7,552 nt of DNA from Promethearchaeota archaeon. Its GTDB lineage: Archaea; Asgardarchaeota; Odinarchaeia; Odinarchaeales; JBHLKK01. The notes under the pieces were generated by a model, which saw only the letters and a list, made by a program, of their open reading frames with translations, was not told the DNA's origin and did not search any database. A program made the translations under genes and the position numbers. This document shows positions 1-4,652 of this stretch, piece after piece. Location of the stretch: contig JBHLPL010000094.1 in NCBI GenBank assembly GCA_048939465.1, positions 1 through 7,552 of the forward strand, given 5' to 3'. Position 1 is the first letter of the stretch. Each line of letters opens with the position of its first letter.

Positions 1-63
1 ATATGCTTGACCAACGGTCAAGCAAACCATTAGAAAAACAACCGTCAACAAAGATAGACGCAT
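1..63 (-). CDS. 5' end of a probable secreted or membrane protein (partial, continues off the left edge)
   Basis: ATG at 63 reads MRLSLLTVVFLMVCLTVGQAY: basic N-terminus, hydrophobic core and a GQA cleavage-like end. GGGAGG at 80-75 lies 11 nt upstream. The frame is also open further upstream (in-frame ATG at 177), so the start is not certain. Confidence 0.5.
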   Translation of the reverse strand, partial: MRLSLLTVVFLMVCLTVGQAY

Positions 64-157
64 CTTCCGGTAAGCCTCCCTAGTGAGTGATCTCATGCCG
101 CAATGAGCATCGGAAATATTTGCCTTTAAGAAAAGTCTCAAGAATCTGGGATTCCAG

Positions 158-177
158 GTAAGTGTGGGAGGGCTCAT
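158..177 (-). other. Predicted guide segment of the omega RNA (ATGAGCCCTCCCACACTTAC)
   Basis: Sequence immediately 3' of the inferred right end. TnpB guides are known to derive from the right-end flank. The 20-nt length is assumed. Confidence 0.45.
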
Positions 178-392
178 GTAAACTACTCCTCCCTTGCAGA
201 AGGAGCTTATGACTGTGCTTGACCGCAATTCCCTCTCAGGCTTTGGCCTCATCGCATGTCGAATCATGGGACGGTTTACAGCGCCCCAGCCCGGTAATCC
301 GCATATAGCGTCGGGCTATGGAGTCTACTCGCCCACCCTACCCGCAGGTCATCAACCGTTTCCACATCGGAGAGATGTGTGCCTTTAGACCT
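178..392 (-). ncRNA. Putative TnpB-type omega RNA (right-end RNA) scaffold
   Basis: Minus-strand hairpins: CACATC/GATGTG (379-363), AGCCCG/CGGGCT (317-288), TGGGGCG/CGTCCCA (288-267), AGGC/GCCT, and an 8-bp terminal stem with a GCAA GNRA loop (205-186). The loop GTAAAC (279-274) is complementary to the terminal GTTTAC (183-178), forming a pseudoknot. G-U pairs work only on the minus strand. The 5' end is estimated from the TATA box. Confidence 0.6.
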
Positions 393-414
393 GTTAGCAT
401 GTCTAGCGCAGAAG

Positions 415-421
415 TATTTAA
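415..421 (-). promoter_or_regulatory. Candidate TATA box for the omega RNA
   Basis: TTAAATA on the minus strand, about 25 nt upstream of the structured region. The upstream BRE match is weak. Confidence 0.4.
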
Positions 422-480
422 GGACCGCTCAATTCCTCTCCACCCTTTCAGACGAAGTCTCCATAAGGTGGTTTAGACGA

Positions 481-1377
481 ATGGTATCAGGCGCCGTAAT
501 AACAGAGCCGATAACAGATCAAATCCTATTAATCAAAGGAGAAAACAACGGCAAATTTCCTTATTCCAATTCTATTCTAATCTTGGATAACGAGATCGTC
601 ATAATTGACACAGGCTGCGGAATCAAGATCTTAAGGCAACTAAGAGAGGAATATGATATTGGTTACATCATAAACTCCCATACGCATCCAGACCACTCGG
701 CAGGCAACTGGGTGTTTGAAGACAAGCCAATTCGCGTTCCAGAACAGGGATTTGACACAAGCGGAAACTCTGTGTCCCTCTCAGAGAGGTTTGTTAGCAA
801 TGAACTTGCCCCCCTCTGGAGAAAGATGGTCAAGGATCTAATGGGATTCAGGGATTGCAAGCCGACCAGTACATATAATGAGAGGACAATCTTTGATTTT
901 GGCAAAACGATCTTCAAGCCCATTCATACACCAGGACATACGAAGGACCACTACTGCTTCTATGAGGAAAGGAGAAGAATACTCATATCTTTTGATTATG
1001 ATCTGACTGGATTTCCCTGGTATGGCCATAGAGAATCGAATCTTCAAGAGTTCAAAGAGTCAATAGTGAAAATCAAGGCTCTGTCCCCTGAAGTCGTAAT
1101 ATCGTCTCATAGGGGAGCCATTAGTCAAAACATCGATTATGAATTTGACCAATTCTATGGAAAAATAGATGAAAGGGATGAAAGAATATTATCCCTACTG
1201 ACCGAAAAGAAGAATATTGACCAGCTTGTGGAGTCTGCTCCAATTTACGGTAGATTCCCCTATGTTGAGCCGCTTCTTCGTTATTGGGAAGAACAGATGA
1301 TCATGAAGCATTTAAGGCAACTGGCGATTCGGGGAGAAATAGAAAGAGATGGGGATCTCTATGGTCGCACTGGATAG
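481..1377 (+). CDS. MBL-fold metallo-hydrolase with probable C-terminal winged-helix region (298 aa)
   Basis: Motifs IDTGCG, SHTHPDHSAGN (HxHxDH), HTPGHTKDH and SSHRG. The start is moved from 379 to ATG 481 because 379-480 is the IS hairpin/promoter region and AAGGTGG (465-471) precedes ATG 481. Confidence 0.88.
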   Translation: MVSGAVITEPITDQILLIKGENNGKFPYSNSILILDNEIVIIDTGCGIKILRQLREEYDIGYIINSHTHPDHSAGNWVFEDKPIRVPEQGFDTSGNSVSLSERFVSNELAPLWRKMVKDLMGFRDCKPTSTYNERTIFDFGKTIFKPIHTPGHTKDHYCFYEERRRILISFDYDLTGFPWYGHRESNLQEFKESIVKIKALSPEVVISSHRGAISQNIDYEFDQFYGKIDERDERILSLLTEKKNIDQLVESAPIYGRFPYVEPLLRYWEEQMIMKHLRQLAIRGEIERDGDLYGRTG

Positions 1378-1386
1378 GTATGAAGT

Positions 1387-1415
1387 CTGGTCCTTCGACA
1401 GAGGCCAGGGTTTTT
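1387..1415 (+). terminator. Possible terminator between the convergent MBL and dodecin genes
   Basis: CTGGTC/GGCCAG stem (1387-1408) followed by TTTTT (1411-1415). Confidence 0.3.
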
Positions 1416-1423
1416 GACAAGAT

Positions 1424-1636
1424 TTACTCTCTCACAGACTCAACGAGGAAAGCTATTTTGACATTCGCACGGTACTCAATGATTTTTTTGCCTTCCACCT
1501 TTCCTGTCCAACCAACTACGTCGATGCCCCGGATGTTCCGAATGGTCTTACCTGCCTCCTCAATTGCGTTATCAACAGCATCCTGCCAGCTTTTTTCTGA
1601 AGCTCCTACGAGCTCAATTATCTTAATAACAGTCAC
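1424..1636 (-). CDS. Dodecin family protein (70 aa)
   Basis: KIIELVGASEKSWQDAVDNAIEEAGKTIRNIRG...EYRANVKIAFLV is a typical dodecin pattern. GTG at 1636 follows the RBS GGAGGGTGA (1649-1641), so it is preferred over the ORF-track start at 1669. Confidence 0.92.
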   Translation of the reverse strand: MTVIKIIELVGASEKSWQDAVDNAIEEAGKTIRNIRGIDVVGWTGKVEGKKIIEYRANVKIAFLVESVRE

Positions 1637-1670
1637 GATATCACCCTCCGAACAATAATCGACTAGCAAA

Positions 1671-1687
1671 TTAATATAGATTTCTGT
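1671..1687 (-). promoter_or_regulatory. BRE/TATA candidate for dodecin
   Basis: Minus strand ACAGAAATC-TATATTAA, about 25 nt upstream of the RBS. Confidence 0.4.
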
Positions 1688-1757
1688 CAGAGTCTCTTCC
1701 TTATCGTTTGTAGCATGATAATCAAAAATCCAGAATTACGCCTTTGGGCGTGAGCTC

Positions 1758-1775
1758 TTGGAACATATGTTCCAA
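1758..1775. promoter_or_regulatory. Perfect 18-bp palindrome, probable transcription-factor operator
   Basis: TTGGAACATATGTTCCAA equals its own reverse complement. It lies between the divergent dodecin and YHS genes, just upstream of the YHS BRE/TATA. Confidence 0.55.
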
Positions 1776-1780
1776 TTCTC

Positions 1781-1795
1781 CAGAAAGATTAAATA
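1781..1795 (+). promoter_or_regulatory. BRE/TATA for the YHS gene
   Basis: CAGAAAGA-TTAAATA, 33 nt upstream of TTG 1829. Confidence 0.55.
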
Positions 1796-1828
1796 TAGTA
1801 GATGTCTAAACCATGAAGGGTGTAAGAG

Positions 1829-1972
1829 TTGGCTACAGATCCTGTCTGTAACATGAAGGTTGACGAAAAAACGGCGAAATGGAAGAGCGAATATAAAGGA
1901 AATACGTATTACTTCTGCGCACCGGGATGCAAGAAAGCCTTTGATGAGAATCCAGAGAGATTCCTCGGCTAA
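1829..1972 (+). CDS. Stand-alone YHS/TRASH-domain metal-binding protein (47 aa; not in the ORF track)
   Basis: TTG start. Reads MATDPVCNMKVDEKTAKWKSEYKGNTYYFCAPGCKKAFDENPERFLG*, with the DPVCxM and YYFCxxxC signature motifs. Confidence 0.93.
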   Translation: MATDPVCNMKVDEKTAKWKSEYKGNTYYFCAPGCKKAFDENPERFLG

Positions 1973-2211
1973 TTATACTGGTGAAATGTCAGATACCGAT
2001 TGAACTATGAACTGCGGCTAGTGCACAGTATAGTCATAGGCAAATGCCCAGAAACGATAGATTCAAGATTGGCGTGATCATTTCTGCTGATTTCACACAA
2101 TCATCCCCGCCTTATCAGATGTCAAAATATAAGCGATCTCTTGACAGACCAGCATGATTTGAGCTTTATTCCTTATCGTTGCACAAGGATTTTCATTCCT
2201 TGACGATATTG

Positions 2212-2219
2212 TTAAATTA
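2212..2219 (+). promoter_or_regulatory. TATA candidate for the M20 gene
   Basis: TTAAATTA, about 25 nt upstream of the RBS AGGCGGTG (2244-2251). Confidence 0.4.
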
Positions 2220-2257
2220 TAGTAGACAGATAAATATGAGTCCAGGCGGTGTTATTC

Positions 2258-3679
2258 TTGGACAGAGATTTAGTTTTTGAGCATATTGAGGATAATTATG
2301 AAAGCCACCTTGCTCTTCTTCAGGAGCTCGTAAGACAGCCTTCAATCTCAGCAGAGGAACAAGGCATTCGGGAATGTGCGGAGCTCATTAAAGGCTATAT
2401 GAAGAATTTAGGATGCGAAGAGGCGAGGCTTGTCGAAACATCAGGCAACCCGGTAGTATATGGATTTTATAATGCCGGGGCAGATAAGACAGTCATCATA
2501 TATATGATGTATGATACACAGCCAGTAGATGAACCAGGCTGGACTGTTGACCCTTTGAAGGGCAGGGTCGTCGATGTGGAACCCTTTGGAAAATGCCTCG
2601 TAGCGAGAGGAGCATATAATACAAAAGGCGAACTCGGTGCCTTTATCAATGCTTGCAGGTCCATAACCGCTGCTGGCGAGAAAATTCCAGTGAATCTAAT
2701 CTTTGTCGCCGAAGGCGAGGAAGAACTCGGTAGTCGGCACCTTCCTGAATTCATCAAAAGATATTTAGATAAGCTGAAGGAAGCAAATGCCGTCTTTTTC
2801 CCGTGGACTTCTCAGGACCAGAAAGGAAAGGTTCAGATGTACCTAGGTGTTAAGGGGATTATCTATTTTGAACTTGAGCTCGATGGTAAGAACTGGGGGT
2901 ACGGGCCGACAGAGTTTGACATCCACGGAAGCCTTAAGGGGTGTGTTGATAATCCTGCTCTACGCATGATACAAGCCCTGAGTACATTTACTTCGAAAGA
3001 TGGGAATACGGTCGCAATTAAAGGCTTTTATGACAATGTTCTATCACCCAGTGAAGAAGACATGGGACTTCTGGAAGAACTTGAAAAAACCTTCGACGAG
3101 GACACGATGAAGAGTGAATTGAAAATCGATCGTTTCGTTGATGATGCTCATGGAAAGGAGGCATTGTTGAAGTACTTGTATACGCCCAGCCTAAACATAG
3201 ATGGTATTTGGAGTGGCTATACTGGACCCGGAACAAAGACAGTTCTGCCTCACAGAATCACGGTGAAAATGGATGTAAGGCTAATTCCGGATATGACCGT
3301 GAGCGAAGTACTCCCAAGAATCAGAAAACACTTGGACGATCACGATTTTAATGAGATCAAAATAAGGGACCTTCAAGAGGGCTATAGCTGGGCCAAGACA
3401 AGCATAAAAGAACCGGCTGCTCAGGCCGTACTCAAGACGTATCGCGAGTTTGGATATGAGCCAGAAATATGGCCCCATCTCGCTGGAAGCGCACCATTCT
3501 GCATGTTTAACCGCGACCCTCTGAATCTGCCTTTTGTAATGGGGGGATTGGGACATGGACTCAGAGCCCATGCGCCGGACGAGTATCTGGTGGTAGGAGA
3601 AGGTGGACCGACCCAGGGACTTACGACTCTTGAGAAATCATATGTTGTATTCCTGGACAACTTTTCTAAGATGCTGTAA
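2258..3679 (+). CDS. M20 family peptidase/amidohydrolase (dipeptidase-like, 473 aa) with atypical metal ligands
   Basis: LVRQPSIS, YMMYDTQP, ARGAYNTKG, EGEEELGS, LNIDGIWSGYTGPGTKTVLP and HAPDE match the M20 dipeptidase-like layout. TTG 2258 is chosen because GTG 2249 overlaps the RBS. Confidence 0.9.
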   Translation: MDRDLVFEHIEDNYESHLALLQELVRQPSISAEEQGIRECAELIKGYMKNLGCEEARLVETSGNPVVYGFYNAGADKTVIIYMMYDTQPVDEPGWTVDPLKGRVVDVEPFGKCLVARGAYNTKGELGAFINACRSITAAGEKIPVNLIFVAEGEEELGSRHLPEFIKRYLDKLKEANAVFFPWTSQDQKGKVQMYLGVKGIIYFELELDGKNWGYGPTEFDIHGSLKGCVDNPALRMIQALSTFTSKDGNTVAIKGFYDNVLSPSEEDMGLLEELEKTFDEDTMKSELKIDRFVDDAHGKEALLKYLYTPSLNIDGIWSGYTGPGTKTVLPHRITVKMDVRLIPDMTVSEVLPRIRKHLDDHDFNEIKIRDLQEGYSWAKTSIKEPAAQAVLKTYREFGYEPEIWPHLAGSAPFCMFNRDPLNLPFVMGGLGHGLRAHAPDEYLVVGEGGPTQGLTTLEKSYVVFLDNFSKML

Positions 3680-3693
3680 GAACGATCGTTCTT
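3678..3693. repeat. Perfect 16-bp palindrome overlapping the M20 stop codon
   Basis: AAGAACGATCGTTCTT equals its own reverse complement. Confidence 0.6.
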
Positions 3694-3789
3694 TGGGCTT
3701 TTCCCGTCAAGATTTCGTAAACTCTGACAGCGCCCATTGGGCTTTTTGACTTATTAAACAAGGAACATAAGAAGGAGTCTTAAATTAGA

Positions 3790-3797
3790 TTTATATA
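3790..3797 (+). promoter_or_regulatory. TATA candidate upstream of rpo5
   Basis: TTTATATA matches the archaeal consensus. A weaker alternative, CTTAATAT, is near 3846. Confidence 0.4.
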
Positions 3798-3928
3798 ATA
3801 GGACGATAAACCACAATCTAATTCGTTTACGATTCTGGTTAAGGTCTTAATATTAGCATTCTGTTATTTCCTTAAGTTGTGGATCCGGAATCCTGTTGAA
3901 GGTTTCGCTTTGCGAGGTGAGCTCCACT

Positions 3929-4468
3929 TTGGAAGAAGAGACAATAGAAGAAAAGAAAGCAAGAGGTCTTATTGAGCTGAGAGGATATACGCTGGTTGAG
4001 AAAGAGAAACAAGAGGGAATTACAAGATATATATTCAAAGTCCCCGAAGGTAAGAAGGGAGTGATTTTTGCGATACATCGAAAAATCGTTGGAGTCTCCA
4101 GCATTAAGAAATTATTAGCATTTATGGAAGAAAAAGGGATTGAAAAGGGGATCATTGTAGCCGAGAAGAAATACAGTGCAGCAATCAAAAAGGAAGCCAA
4201 GGCTCAGAAGATTGAGCTGATTCCCGGCCGTCTTCCCCCATCAAATATCTTCAAACACGAGCTAGTACCGGGCCACGAGATACTTACACCCGAGGAGGTC
4301 GAAGAGTTATTACAGAAGTATAGGATAGATCTAAATCAACTTCCCCAGATAAAGGTCTCAGATGTGGCCGTTATAGCCATTGGCGGAAAGAGCGGAGACA
4401 TTATTAAGATCACAAGAAGAAGCCCTACAGCGGGAGAACATATAGCCTACAGATTGGTGGTTCCTTAA
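3929..4468 (+). CDS. rpoH: DNA-directed RNA polymerase subunit Rpo5/RPB5 with N-terminal jaw-like domain (179 aa)
   Basis: C-terminal [47 protein letters not shown] is the RpoH/RPB5 assembly domain. About 105 N-terminal residues carry RGY and VGV..GIIV patterns like eukaryotic RPB5. TTG 3929 follows the RBS GAGGTGA (3914-3920). Confidence 0.9.
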   Translation: MEEETIEEKKARGLIELRGYTLVEKEKQEGITRYIFKVPEGKKGVIFAIHRKIVGVSSIKKLLAFMEEKGIEKGIIVAEKKYSAAIKKEAKAQKIELIPGRLPPSNIFKHELVPGHEILTPEEVEELLQKYRIDLNQLPQIKVSDVAVIAIGGKSGDIIKITRRSPTAGEHIAYRLVVP

Positions 4469-4652
4469 CGCCCATCGGCAATTTAACGGGTCAGCAGATA
4501 AAACCATTCTTCAGATGTTCAAAAAGAGTTTCAGCAATGCAGACGACCATAGAACGAACCCTTAGTGTATGACCTAGCTGCCTCAGAAGCAATTCTTGGT
4601 TTCGTTCATCTAAGCAACCTCAAGGAGATCCAGCCTGAAAGGGCAGAGTAGT

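Larger units (their letters stand above)
178..471 (-). mobile_element. Non-autonomous IS200/IS605-family remnant (no tnpA or tnpB)
   Basis: The minus strand ends AAG-CTCCTTCT-GCAA-GGGAGGAG-TAGTTTAC (208-178). This is the hairpin + TAGTTCAC-like layout typical of IS200/IS605 right ends. A second subterminal-type hairpin with an inner stem (CCACCTT..AGAC-TTC-GTCT..AGGGTGG) starts at 471 and may be the left end. No RuvC, Zn-finger or Y1 HUH coding sequence lies between them. The left boundary is uncertain. Confidence 0.65.

Noticed and set aside
4-225. 9-bp hairpin TGCTTGACC-AAC-GGTCAAGCA (4-24) and its 10-bp complement at 216-225
   Set aside because: Matches of this length are plausible by chance in a window this size, and the hairpin lies inside a probable coding region.
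194-388. 64-aa ORF
   Set aside because: Antisense to the structured RNA, with no recognisable motif or RBS.
178-430. Intact or partial tnpB coding sequence
   Set aside because: Minus-strand frames are broken by stops. Only tail-like fragments (VDDLRVG, GWGAVNRP, in different frames) appear, with no Zn finger or RuvC-III motif.
70-445. RNase P RNA on the minus strand (GAGGAA.., GTGGAAACGG, GGGAGGCTTAC resemble conserved regions)
   Set aside because: No GAGGAAAGUCC-type CR-I able to form P4, no ACAGAAA CR-II or ACAGAA before the CR-V-like piece, and no P1 helix. The IS right-end reading explains the structure better.
178-480. IscB/HEARO-type omega RNA on the plus strand (starts GTAAACTACTCC)
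   Set aside because: On the plus strand the stems contain C-A mismatches and lose the GNRA loop. The downstream ORF is an MBL hydrolase, not IscB.
379-480. 34-aa N-terminal extension of the MBL ORF
   Set aside because: Overlaps the IS hairpins and promoter, and does not resemble an MBL N-terminus. ATG 481 has an RBS-like sequence.
663-1658. ORFs 663-923, 838-1047 and 1284-1658
   Set aside because: Shadow ORFs overlapping the MBL or dodecin genes, with no motifs.
2467-3660. Minus-strand ORFs 2467-2757, 3018-3236, 3281-3571 and 3421-3660
   Set aside because: Antisense to the well-supported M20 gene.
3853-4200. Minus-strand ORFs 3853-4200 and 3872-4078
   Set aside because: Antisense to rpo5. 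Their hydrophobicity mirrors the Lys/Glu-rich sense strand.
4469-4652. Small gene, tRNA or sRNA between rpo5 and ACAD; inverted repeat GAACGAACC/GGTTTCGTTC (4552-4607)
   Set aside because: No tRNA cloverleaf, no properly spaced C/D boxes, only short ORFs without RBS. The repeat is short and widely spaced.
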